From contig JBCCDT010000004.1 of the NCBI GenBank assembly GCA_039030635.1, positions 862 to 64,861 on the forward strand: DNA of 64,000 nt. The letters are read 5' to 3'. The position numbers and the translations under genes were made by a program. Each line of letters starts with the position of its first letter. Positions within the stretch are counted from its first letter, which is position 1. A model generated the notes under the pieces. It did no database searches, was not told where the DNA came from, and worked only from the letters and a program-made list of their open reading frames with translations. This DNA is from Pseudomonadota bacterium (GTDB lineage: Bacteria > Pseudomonadota > Alphaproteobacteria > Rhodobacterales > Rhodobacteraceae). Below, piece after piece: positions 31,103 to 39,881 of this stretch.

Positions 31103-32643
31103 GTTTCCTCCTCCTTCTCCAGTGTCAGGGGGGCGGGCTTGCTGTCGCGCAGATCATCAATGGACAGACCGCCCGAGGGTTTCGACAACCGGTTGCGCAC
31201 CACCCAATGCAGCCGCTCTTCGGCCCGGGTGATCGCCACATAGGCCAGCCGTTTCCACAGCGGTTGACCCGCCTCGCTCCGCCCCATACGGGCGGCGGCA
31301 TAGATATCGGGGGCAAAGACCTGCACGTCGCTCCACTGACTGCCCTGCGCTTTGTGGATTGTCACCGCCGCCCCGTGCAAAAACGCAGCCCCCATGCGCG
31401 CGGCAAAGGGGATGAACGGCTCTTCTTCATCGGGTTTTTCGATTTTCACGATAGAGGCCGCGCTCACCTGTGGCTCCGGCGCGCCGACCACGTGCAACCG
31501 CGAAAACCCCGGTTTGCGGCCCGGCCCCAGATAGATCACCTGCGCCCCCTTGATCAGGCCGCGCGCTTCCAGGTCCAGCCGTTTCTTGCGGTGTTTGACC
31601 GGCAATTCGATCCCGTCACAAATCAGCGGCTCTCCTTCGAGAAGCTCTGTCTCGGGCGCGCCGTAAACCGCGCGAAAGGCGTTGATCAGGCGGATGCGCG
31701 TGGCATTGCGCCAAACCAGGACAGGGCTGCGCGCCATCAGGTCGACCTCAACACGCTGGGCATAACGCACGCGATCATCGCGGGCCGCGGTCTCCTCGAT
31801 CATGCGCTCAAACTCTTCAAACCCCAGATCCGGGTCTGCCAGGGCATGGGCCAAATCAAGAATGGGGTTGTCGGCATCCTGTCGGTGGACACGGTGCAAG
31901 GTCAGGCGTGCAGGCTCGGGCAGGGTTTCAAACACCATGTCGCCATTGCCACTGCCCGCAGCTTTCACCGGCGGCAGCTGGGCCGGATCCCCAAACAGAA
32001 CCAGCGTCGGAAAAATCTCGCGCAGATCCTCGAACTGTTTTTCGTCCAGCATGGAGGCTTCATCGACAAACCCGATATCAAGCGGCTCTGACCGGCGGGT
32101 CCAGCCGCTGATAAAATCCGATCCACGCAGGCCTGCGGCGGCAAACGCGCCGGGGACGGACTTGTTGTCCTGGTAAAATGCATGGGCCCGGTCCAGCGCC
32201 TGATCAGTCAGCCCTTCGATCTCAGGCCGCTCCCCCTGTCCGGCCAGCCATTCGGCGATCCGTTCGTATTCGGGGTCGTAGACCGGTGTGTAAAGGATGC
32301 GATGGATCGTCGTGGCGGGCACCCCGCGCATCCGCAACACGCTCGCGGCTTTGTTGGTGGGGGCCAGAATGGCCAGGGTCCGTTTGTCGCGGGTTTTGCG
32401 GCTCTCCCAATCGCCAGAGACAACCTCAACCCCGGTCTCTTCCAGCGCCTTGTAAAGCGCGGCCAAAAGCAGGGTCTTGCCTGATCCCGCCTTGCCAATC
32501 ACCGCCATCACGCCGGTTTTGCCGTCGCGCGGCGGCGTCAGCAGTGCGTTTTCCAGATCCACGCCCATCGTCGCCAGCATCTCAGCGATGCGATCATGGG
32601 CGTCGGCCTGATCTTCGGAATACGTGATGGATGGGAGGGCCAT
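31099..32643 (-). CDS. SF1B (RecD-like) ATP-dependent helicase
   Basis: GKAGSGKT, LAPTNKAA, FVDEASM, GDPAQLPPV, TIHKAQGSQW, YVAITRA. Confidence 0.9.
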   Translation of the reverse strand: MALPSITYSEDQADAHDRIAEMLATMGVDLENALLTPPRDGKTGVMAVIGKAGSGKTLLLAALYKALEETGVEVVSGDWESRKTRDKRTLAILAPTNKAASVLRMRGVPATTIHRILYTPVYDPEYERIAEWLAGQGERPEIEGLTDQALDRAHAFYQDNKSVPGAFAAAGLRGSDFISGWTRRSEPLDIGFVDEASMLDEKQFEDLREIFPTLVLFGDPAQLPPVKAAGSGNGDMVFETLPEPARLTLHRVHRQDADNPILDLAHALADPDLGFEEFERMIEETAARDDRVRYAQRVEVDLMARSPVLVWRNATRIRLINAFRAVYGAPETELLEGEPLICDGIELPVKHRKKRLDLEARGLIKGAQVIYLGPGRKPGFSRLHVVGAPEPQVSAASIVKIEKPDEEEPFIPFAARMGAAFLHGAAVTIHKAQGSQWSDVQVFAPDIYAAARMGRSEAGQPLWKRLAYVAITRAEERLHWVVRNRLSKPSGGLSIDDLRDSKPAPLTLEKEEET

Positions 32644-32687
32644 GGCGCGACCCTACCCTTGGCCCGCGCCCTCTGCCAGTGAAAGCG

Positions 32688-33335
32688 TCAGAGCATCGCG
32701 CAGAAATCACCCGAGCTGGGAACCGGCGGCACAAGAGGCGCGCTGTGATACCATTCCTCAACCCGTGCAGGCGCGATGCCCGCGCGCAGGGCGATGCGCG
32801 CGCGATCTTCTTGCGCGCGTGACCAAAGCCCGACACTGATCTCATCGCGCCCCTCGCCGGCGCGGCCCAACACCTCGGGCGACCATCCAATGCGGCGGTA
32901 GATGCGCACCATGCGCGCGTCAAACACGCCCACGAAATGCTCCACCCCGCATTGGCGCATCACCTCACCCCCGCCCAGCATCAGGGCTGCGGCCACATGC
33001 GCCGGCGCGCCCTTGGCCAGACAAAACCGGGTGCATTCCCAGATCAGCGGGCTTTGCACCGCGCCGCCACCGATGAGATGGGCAAAGTGATCATTGATCA
33101 TGGTCCGCCCCGTCGTGGGCAAAAACCGCATGGAGCCTTGATGCCGCCCATCCGGCCCGGACCAAATGACATAGAGCGGGTTCAACCCGTCATAGGCATC
33201 GCGCTCATAGCCATCGGCATTGACGCTGACATCCCACCCCAGGCGCGATTTGAACTGGCACGCCCGGTCGCGAAACATGCTGTCCTCCAGCAATGGGCGA
33301 AGTGGCAAATCCTTGGCATAGATGAAATGAAGCAT
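32688..33335 (-). CDS. luxI: LuxI-family acyl-homoserine lactone synthase, no adjacent LuxR
   Basis: MFRDRACQFKSRLGW, ERDAYD, SMRFLP and WECTRF retain the conserved LuxI residues. Confidence 0.88.
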   Translation of the reverse strand: MLHFIYAKDLPLRPLLEDSMFRDRACQFKSRLGWDVSVNADGYERDAYDGLNPLYVIWSGPDGRHQGSMRFLPTTGRTMINDHFAHLIGGGAVQSPLIWECTRFCLAKGAPAHVAAALMLGGGEVMRQCGVEHFVGVFDARMVRIYRRIGWSPEVLGRAGEGRDEISVGLWSRAQEDRARIALRAGIAPARVEEWYHSAPLVPPVPSSGDFCAML

Positions 33336-33483
33336 GATGGTCCCCTCTGCATGTAGAAGGGACAGCGTTGCCTCGAAATCTTAACGGGTCCCGAGGCATA
33401 CGCGCGGTGCGGTAACGCAGTTTGGTCTGTGGGGATAGGCGTCTCATCGAATACAGCGGATCACCGATCGCAACAGGCCGTAT

Positions 33484-33650
33484 TCCAAAATAAAACGGAG
33501 GAGACCGATCAGCGCCGGCCCCCTCCGTTTCCCCCGCGTGCTCCGTTCCACCACGCGTGTTCTTGAAAAAGGTCGGCCGTCCTGGCCACGGGAATTGAAT
33601 ACTCTGTTTGGGCGCGTCGGCCAAGCGCCAAGTACTTCAAATTGCAGGCA
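33484..33650 (-). ncRNA. Candidate small RNA or terminated leader between motB and luxI
   Basis: Several hairpins ending in AAACGGAGG/CCTCCGTTT plus TTTTATTTT on the minus strand; AT-rich promoter-like region upstream. Confidence 0.35.
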
Positions 33651-33677
33651 TTCTAAAAGAATAAGCAATTGTAAATG

Positions 33678-33692
33678 TTAAGTACACGGTAA
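33678..33692. promoter_or_regulatory. CtrA-like box (TTAA-N7-GTAA) upstream of motB
   Basis: One mismatch to TTAA-N7-TTAA, followed by GCTATATATC, a -10-like element. Confidence 0.55.
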
Positions 33693-33741
33693 GGCCCGGT
33701 GCTATATATCCTGCCTTGGGTGTGGAGATTAGGTGGTGGAA

Positions 33742-34608
33742 ATGGCTGAGGCGGGTGACAATGCCGTCGCGCCAATCATCAAGAAGAAAAAAATCGTCCA
33801 AGGCGGCGGGCACCATGGGGGTGCCTGGAAGGTCGCGTATGCGGACTTTGTGACCGCCATGATGGCATTTTTTCTCTTGATGTGGCTTTTGAATGCGACA
33901 ACAGAAAAACAGCGCAAAGGGATTGCGGATTACTTTACGCCCAGCATCGCGGTCAACCGCGTCTCGGGCGGCGGTGATGGCGATTTCGGCGGGGACAGCG
34001 TGTTCTCTGAACAGACGCTCGCGCGCAACGGGTCGGGGGCCAGTAACCTCCATCCAACCTCTGCGCGTGCGTCCGCCGGACAAACCGGCGGGATGGATTC
34101 CAATGCCAACAGTTCAGATGCGCAAGACCCGGAGGCTCTGTCAGAGGCGCTTCAACAGGTCGAAGACATCTTGCTTGGCAAATCTGGCGAAAGCGAAGTG
34201 GCCGATGAATTGCTGCGCCACATTCAGACACGTGTGACCGATGAAGGCCTGATCGTGGAGTTGTTCGATCTGCCGGATGCGCGCCTCTTTCGGGGGGAAA
34301 CCGCGCAACCCACACAGTTGCTGCGTGACCTGGCAACAGTGATCGTGGGTGCGGCGGATCTGGTTGTGAACGATCTGGCGATCGAAGGGCATACCCATGC
34401 CCGGGCCGTCGTCGTGGCCAATGCGCCGGTGTGGGATATCACGGCGGATCGGGCCAATGCCATGCGGGCGCTGATGAAGGATCGTGGTTTGGGCCACAGC
34501 CGTGTCGACCGGGTGACCGGCCATGCCGACAGGCGGCCGGCGGTGCGCAATCCTGTGGCCATTCGCAACAACCGGCTAGAGGTGATTTTCCTGCGCTCGG
34601 ATGTCTAG
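33742..34608 (+). CDS. motB: Flagellar stator MotB
   Basis: GGAWKVAYADFVTAMMAFFLLMWL and an OmpA-like C-terminus. Confidence 0.95.
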   Translation: MAEAGDNAVAPIIKKKKIVQGGGHHGGAWKVAYADFVTAMMAFFLLMWLLNATTEKQRKGIADYFTPSIAVNRVSGGGDGDFGGDSVFSEQTLARNGSGASNLHPTSARASAGQTGGMDSNANSSDAQDPEALSEALQQVEDILLGKSGESEVADELLRHIQTRVTDEGLIVELFDLPDARLFRGETAQPTQLLRDLATVIVGAADLVVNDLAIEGHTHARAVVVANAPVWDITADRANAMRALMKDRGLGHSRVDRVTGHADRRPAVRNPVAIRNNRLEVIFLRSDV

Positions 34609-34632
34609 ACCAAATAGAACGCATTTTAATTG

Positions 34633-34647
34633 TTAGCGCGCTGTTAA
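34633..34647. promoter_or_regulatory. CtrA-like box (TTAG-N7-TTAA) upstream of flgE
   Basis: One mismatch to consensus, ~60 nt upstream of the flgE ATG. Confidence 0.55.
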
Positions 34648-34704
34648 ACGGAGCACCTTACTGCTGCACCTCAAATCTTATTGGTGCAGCAGAAAGGCGT
34701 GTCC

Positions 34705-36003
34705 ATGACAATTTCTTCCTCTTTGAACGCAGGCGTTGCGGGTCTGACCTCCAACGCGACCCGTTTGGCGGCGATCTCCGACAATATCTCGAACTCCGGT
34801 ACATTCGGGTACAAACGCGTTGAGGCGAATTTTGAATCTCTTGTATTGGCGCAAAATGGCGGGCGCTACACCGCCGGGGGCGTAACGGCCAATACGACAC
34901 GTCTGATTGACCAATCCGGCTCTCTTGTCAGCACATCAAACCCCACCGACCTCGCGGTCAGTGGTCGGGGCCTCTTGCCCGTCGCTTTGGTGAGTGAGGT
35001 TGAGGCCGGCAATGGCTCGCCGCAAATGTTGCTGACCACGACCGGATCGTTCCGCACCGACAGCGATGGACGCCTGGTGACGGAATCGGGCCTGGTGCTG
35101 ATGGGCTGGCCCGCCAATGCCGATGGCTCCATCCCGCAGTTTTCGCGCGATACCTCTGACGGCCTGACGCCCATTCAGATCAGTGCGAACCAACTTTCGG
35201 GGGAGCCGACCACACAGGTTGATCTGGGCCTGAACCTGCCCGCGGTGGAAACCGATGCCGGGGCCAGCGGTGATTCTCAAACCCTGTCGGTCGAATACTT
35301 TGATAACCTTGGCAAATCTGAAAGTCTGCTGTTCGCTTTCACGCCAACTGTTCCCGGCACAGGGTCGTCCAATGAATGGACATTGACCATCGAAGATACG
35401 GCACAACCTGGCGTCACAATCGGCGAATACACCCTGCTGTTTGATGACACGCGGACATCAGGCGGGCGCCTGCTCAGCGTGACGGATGTGGCGGGTGGGC
35501 CTTATGATCCAGCCACCGGGTCGTTCATCGTCAATGTCGAAGGCGGGCCCATGGAGATCAATATCGGCCGTATCGCGGGCACCACTGGCCTGACGCAGCT
35601 CTCCGACAGTTTCGCACCGCTTCAGATCAACAAGGACGGATCGCCCGTGGGCAATCTGGTCTCCGCCGAGGTGGATGAAAACGGCTTCGTCTTCGCCACG
35701 TTTGAAAGCGGGATCACCCGGGTGATCTATCAGGTGCCGCTGGTGGACGTGCCAAATCCCAACGGTCTGACCTCTTTGGCGCAGCAAACCTATGCCCCCT
35801 CTACGGAAAGCGGAACCTTCTTCCTCTGGAACGCCGGTGATGGCCCCACGGGGGAGGTTGTGTCTTTCGCCCGTGAGGAATCCGCCACGGATGTGGCCGG
35901 GGAACTGACCGACATGATCCAAACGCAGCGGGCCTATTCCTCCAACGCGCGGGTGATCCAGACCGTCGATGAAATCCTGCAGGAAACCACGAACCTGATC
36001 TAA
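34705..36003 (+). CDS. flgE: Flagellar hook protein
   Basis: AISDNISNSGTFGYK; C-terminal ESATDVAGELTDMIQTQRAYSSNA. Confidence 0.93.
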   Translation: MTISSSLNAGVAGLTSNATRLAAISDNISNSGTFGYKRVEANFESLVLAQNGGRYTAGGVTANTTRLIDQSGSLVSTSNPTDLAVSGRGLLPVALVSEVEAGNGSPQMLLTTTGSFRTDSDGRLVTESGLVLMGWPANADGSIPQFSRDTSDGLTPIQISANQLSGEPTTQVDLGLNLPAVETDAGASGDSQTLSVEYFDNLGKSESLLFAFTPTVPGTGSSNEWTLTIEDTAQPGVTIGEYTLLFDDTRTSGGRLLSVTDVAGGPYDPATGSFIVNVEGGPMEINIGRIAGTTGLTQLSDSFAPLQINKDGSPVGNLVSAEVDENGFVFATFESGITRVIYQVPLVDVPNPNGLTSLAQQTYAPSTESGTFFLWNAGDGPTGEVVSFAREESATDVAGELTDMIQTQRAYSSNARVIQTVDEILQETTNLI

Positions 36004-36158
36004 CGATTGGGGCGATTTTAAACCCATGTTTCGCCGGTGGCTGACCTCTGATGCCGCCGGCGAAACCTCAAATATCCCGGGTGGCGCCTGTCGTATGAAC
36101 CCGGTCTTTGCCGCCCGTGTCTTATCCCGGGCAAGCCTTGCCACATGAGAGGACCCAC

Positions 36159-37610
36159 ATGAGCATCTCAACGGCCCTTGCCAGCGCGATCAGCGGGCTC
36201 AATGCCAGCTCACGACAAGTGCAGACAATCTCCAACAACCTCGCCAATGCGTTGACCCCCGGCTACGGCACCCGCTCGGTTGAGCTGTCGTCCGGAAGTA
36301 GCGACCTTGGCGGCGTGCGGATCACCGGCATCACCCGAAACGTGGATGAGGCGCTGCTCAGTGACCGCCGCCGCGCCGACAGCACCGTCGCCGACAGCAC
36401 GACCCGGGCGGCCTTTTTTGCGGATATGGAACGCACGCTCGGCTTGCCCGAAGACCCGTCATCGCTGACCGCGCGTCTGGCAGAGCTGGAATCAAGCCTG
36501 ATCACGGCCTCCGTCCGCCCTGAGGAAGAAACCCGCCTGCAATCGACCGTCCTGCGCGCACAAGAGGTTGTCACGGCGCTGAATCAGGCCTCTGACCGTG
36601 TGCAAACCCTGCGATCAGAGGCCGAAATTCGGATCCAGCAGGATGTGACCAATGCCAATGAATATCTCTTGCAGCTGGAACGCTTGAACACGCAAATCGT
36701 GGATTCCCGCAACCGGGGCACCCCCGCGGCAGGGTTCCAGGATCAACGCAGCCAGGTTCTGGATCAATTGGCTGAGATCATCCCCTTGCGGGTGTTTCAG
36801 CGCGACAACGGATCGATTGCGATTTACTCCCCCACAGGTGCCGGGCTCCTCGATGGCAGCGCGGCAGAGCTCAGCTTTACCCCCAACAACGTCATCGTGC
36901 CGCAAATGACCCAAGACAATGGTCTGCTGTCCGGACTGGAAATCAACGGCATCCCCGTCACCACGTCCGGGGATCTCAGCCCCATTGCCGGTGGACGGCT
37001 GGCCGCCAATTTTGCTGTCCGCGATACCTTGGCCGAAGACACGCAAGCCCAGATTGACGCCATCGCACGCGACCTGGTCGAACGGTTCCAGGACCCTGCC
37101 ATTGATGCCACGCGCGCGCCCGGCGATCCGGGTCTCTTCACCGATGCGGGCGCGGCCTTTGACCCGCTCAATGAGGTGGGCATCGCCGGTCGCATTGCGC
37201 TCTCCGATGCGGTCCGCCCCGAAACCGGAGGGGAGTATTGGCGCCTGCGCGATGGTCTGGGGGCCGCAGCACCCGGCGCCGCTGGCGATGCCACGCTGCT
37301 CAACACGCTGACCGATGCGCTGAGCGACCCCGGAACGCTGACCTCCGGCAATCTCGGTGGATCCGCCCGCGATATGACCGGCCATGTGGCCGCGATGCTG
37401 GGCTATTTCGGGCAGCAACGGCTCAGCCTTGATCAATCCGTTGCCTTTGCGCGCACCAATCAGGCCAGCCTCGTCGAAAATGAGCTGAGCTTTGGTGTCA
37501 ATTCCGACGAGGAACTGCAGCGCTTGCTGCTTGTGGAACAAGCCTATGCCGCCAATGCGCGGCTCATTCAAACCGCGGGCGAAATGCTCGATGAACTTTT
37601 GAGGATTTAA
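36159..37610 (+). CDS. flgK: Hook-associated protein FlgK
   Basis: ISNNLANALTPGY; GVNSDEELQRLLLVEQAYAANA. Confidence 0.92.
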   Translation: MSISTALASAISGLNASSRQVQTISNNLANALTPGYGTRSVELSSGSSDLGGVRITGITRNVDEALLSDRRRADSTVADSTTRAAFFADMERTLGLPEDPSSLTARLAELESSLITASVRPEEETRLQSTVLRAQEVVTALNQASDRVQTLRSEAEIRIQQDVTNANEYLLQLERLNTQIVDSRNRGTPAAGFQDQRSQVLDQLAEIIPLRVFQRDNGSIAIYSPTGAGLLDGSAAELSFTPNNVIVPQMTQDNGLLSGLEINGIPVTTSGDLSPIAGGRLAANFAVRDTLAEDTQAQIDAIARDLVERFQDPAIDATRAPGDPGLFTDAGAAFDPLNEVGIAGRIALSDAVRPETGGEYWRLRDGLGAAAPGAAGDATLLNTLTDALSDPGTLTSGNLGGSARDMTGHVAAMLGYFGQQRLSLDQSVAFARTNQASLVENELSFGVNSDEELQRLLLVEQAYAANARLIQTAGEMLDELLRI

Positions 37611-37613
37611 CCC

Positions 37614-38621
37614 ATGGATGGTTTCGGCGTTTCTGACCTCTCTCGCGGCTACGGGCTGCGCGCGCTCAACAGTGATCTCAACCTGTCCCTCATTCGCCTC
37701 AGCCAAGAGGTGGTCTCCGGCCGCTCCTCCGACACCACCTTGCGGCTCAACGCGCAGTTTTCCTTTCTCACTCAAATCGAAACGGACCTCGTGCAGACAC
37801 AGGCCCGCATCAGCGCACTGACCGAAGTGGCCATCACCGCCGAGGCGCAGCAAACCGCGCTCGACCGTGTCGTGTCCAATGCCGATGAACTCTTCAACAC
37901 GCTCGTGGTTTCGCAAAACAACGCCGGCGCGCTCAGCGTGTCCTCCTTGGCCGAACAAGCTTACGGATTTCTCGATACGATCGTTGCGGCCCTGAACACC
38001 AATCAAAGCGGGCGCTACGCCTTTTCCGGAACCGAAGTGACCACGCCCCCGCTCGTCTCCACCGATGATTTGCTCGCCGATCTCGCCATGGCCCTCTCGG
38101 GCGCCACGAATGAAGACGATCTGCGCGCGCTGGCCGATGATTTCTTTGACCTCCCCGGCGGCGCCTTTGAAACCAGCGTGTACCAAGGTGCCGCCCAAAG
38201 CCTCAGCCCGATTGATTTGGGCAATGGTGAAACCGTCACGCTCAACCTGCGCGCCGATGACCCGGCCTTGCGCGAGATGCTCAAGGCGGTCGCCTTGGCC
38301 GCCGTTGCCGATGATCCCGCGATCCCCTTTTCCGAGACCGACAAGCGCGAGATCGTCCTTGGCCAAATTGATGAGGTGCTGAACGCGCGCAGCGGGGTGA
38401 TTGAACTGCGCGCCAAACTCGGCTTCTCGGAGGAGCGCATTGACCGCTCCACCACCCGGCTTGAGGCAGAGCGCTCCAGCTTTGAGCTCGCGCGCAGTGA
38501 TCTGATCGACGTGGATCCCTTTGAAACGGCCACAGCATTAGAGGCCGTGCGCCAACAACTCGAAACCTTGTTCTCCGTCACGGCGCGGACGCAGAACCTC
38601 AGCTTGGTGAACTTCTTATGA
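37614..38621 (+). CDS. flgL: Hook-associated protein FlgL-like
   Basis: Flagellin-like termini (NQSGRYAFSG, DVDPFETA); lies between flgK and flgI. Confidence 0.8.
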   Translation: MDGFGVSDLSRGYGLRALNSDLNLSLIRLSQEVVSGRSSDTTLRLNAQFSFLTQIETDLVQTQARISALTEVAITAEAQQTALDRVVSNADELFNTLVVSQNNAGALSVSSLAEQAYGFLDTIVAALNTNQSGRYAFSGTEVTTPPLVSTDDLLADLAMALSGATNEDDLRALADDFFDLPGGAFETSVYQGAAQSLSPIDLGNGETVTLNLRADDPALREMLKAVALAAVADDPAIPFSETDKREIVLGQIDEVLNARSGVIELRAKLGFSEERIDRSTTRLEAERSSFELARSDLIDVDPFETATALEAVRQQLETLFSVTARTQNLSLVNFL

Positions 38622-39754
38622 TCGCAAAAGTGATGTCACTTTTTGGCGCACTGACCCTGTGCTTTTCCATCATGACCCAGACCGCCATGTCGGATGTGTC
38701 CTCATCGGGGGGGACAATTCGCATTAAGGATCTGGTGGAATTTGACGGCGTCCGTGGCAATGATCTGGTGGGCTACGGCCTTGTTGTCGGTCTCAACGGC
38801 ACGGGCGACGGGTTGCGCAACGCGCCCTTCACCGAAGAGATCCTCACCAACATTCTCGAACGGCTCGGTGTCAACGTCACCGGCGAACAGTTTCGGCCCA
38901 AAAATGTGGCCGCGGTCTTTGTCACCGCGTCAATGCCGCCCTTTGCGCGCGCCGGATCTCAGATTGACGTGACGGTGTCGGCCATCGGGGATGCCAATTC
39001 CCTGCTTGGCGGCACCTTGATCATGACCCCGCTCAACGCTGCGGATGGCAATATCTACGCGGTGGCCCAAGGCACGATCATCGCCGGTGGTGCCTCCGCC
39101 GAAGGCGATGCCGCGCGCGTCGTAGAAGGCGTGCCCACCTCTGGCACGATCCCCGCCGGTGCCCGCATTGAGCGCGAGATCGAGTTTGAGCTGGCCTCGC
39201 TCAGCACCATGCGCCTGGCCCTTCGTGAGCCAGATTTCACCACGGCGGGCCGGATCGAAACCGCCATCAATGCAGCCTTCGGCGGGCGCACCGCCTTGAT
39301 GCTCGACAGCGGCACGGTGCAGGTCAATGTCCACGCCACCCAAGCCCGCTCAACAGCGCACGCGATCCGCAATATCGAAAACTTGATGGTGCGGCCGGAA
39401 CGCAAGGCGCGCGTTGTGGTCGATCAAAGATCGGGCACCATCGTGATGGGTGAAGATGTCCGCATTTCCCGCGTCGCGGTGAGCCAGGGTAACCTGACCC
39501 TGCGCGTCGATGAGTTTCCGTTGGTGGCCCAGCCCAATCCCTTTGCCAATGGTCAAACCGTTGTGGTGCCGCGCACGCAAGCCCAGCTCCAAGAGGATGA
39601 GGGCACCGGCCTCGCCGAAGTCCCACCAGGCACATCCCTGTCCGAAGTCATCGCCGGTCTCAATGCACTCGGCGTCGCGCCTAGGGATATGATCGACATC
39701 CTCAAGAGCATCAAAGCCGCCGGCGCACTCCACGCAGAATTCGTTGTCAGGTGA
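38618..39754 (+). CDS. flgI: Flagellar P-ring protein
   Basis: RIKDLVEFDGVRGNDLVGYGLVVGLNGTGD, KNVAAV, IKAAGAL. Confidence 0.97.
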   Translation: MIAKVMSLFGALTLCFSIMTQTAMSDVSSSGGTIRIKDLVEFDGVRGNDLVGYGLVVGLNGTGDGLRNAPFTEEILTNILERLGVNVTGEQFRPKNVAAVFVTASMPPFARAGSQIDVTVSAIGDANSLLGGTLIMTPLNAADGNIYAVAQGTIIAGGASAEGDAARVVEGVPTSGTIPAGARIEREIEFELASLSTMRLALREPDFTTAGRIETAINAAFGGRTALMLDSGTVQVNVHATQARSTAHAIRNIENLMVRPERKARVVVDQRSGTIVMGEDVRISRVAVSQGNLTLRVDEFPLVAQPNPFANGQTVVVPRTQAQLQEDEGTGLAEVPPGTSLSEVIAGLNALGVAPRDMIDILKSIKAAGALHAEFVVR

Positions 39755-39881
39755 CGCGGCTGTCGTTGGAATGCCTTAAGCCAATCTGTCTTGCCGAATG
39801 AGGAATAAAGAATGGTATATGAGGTATGAAGGGCGGTTTCACACGGCGCAGTTCGGTGCGTGACGGGCCAAAGCAAGCGCG

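Noticed and set aside
33205-33624. LuxR remnant or leader peptide upstream of luxI
   Set aside because: The TTG-started ORF has no LuxR motifs, runs through a terminator hairpin and overlaps luxI out of frame.
36615-38366. 583-aa minus-strand ORF
   Set aside because: Antisense to flgK and flgL; shadow ORF.
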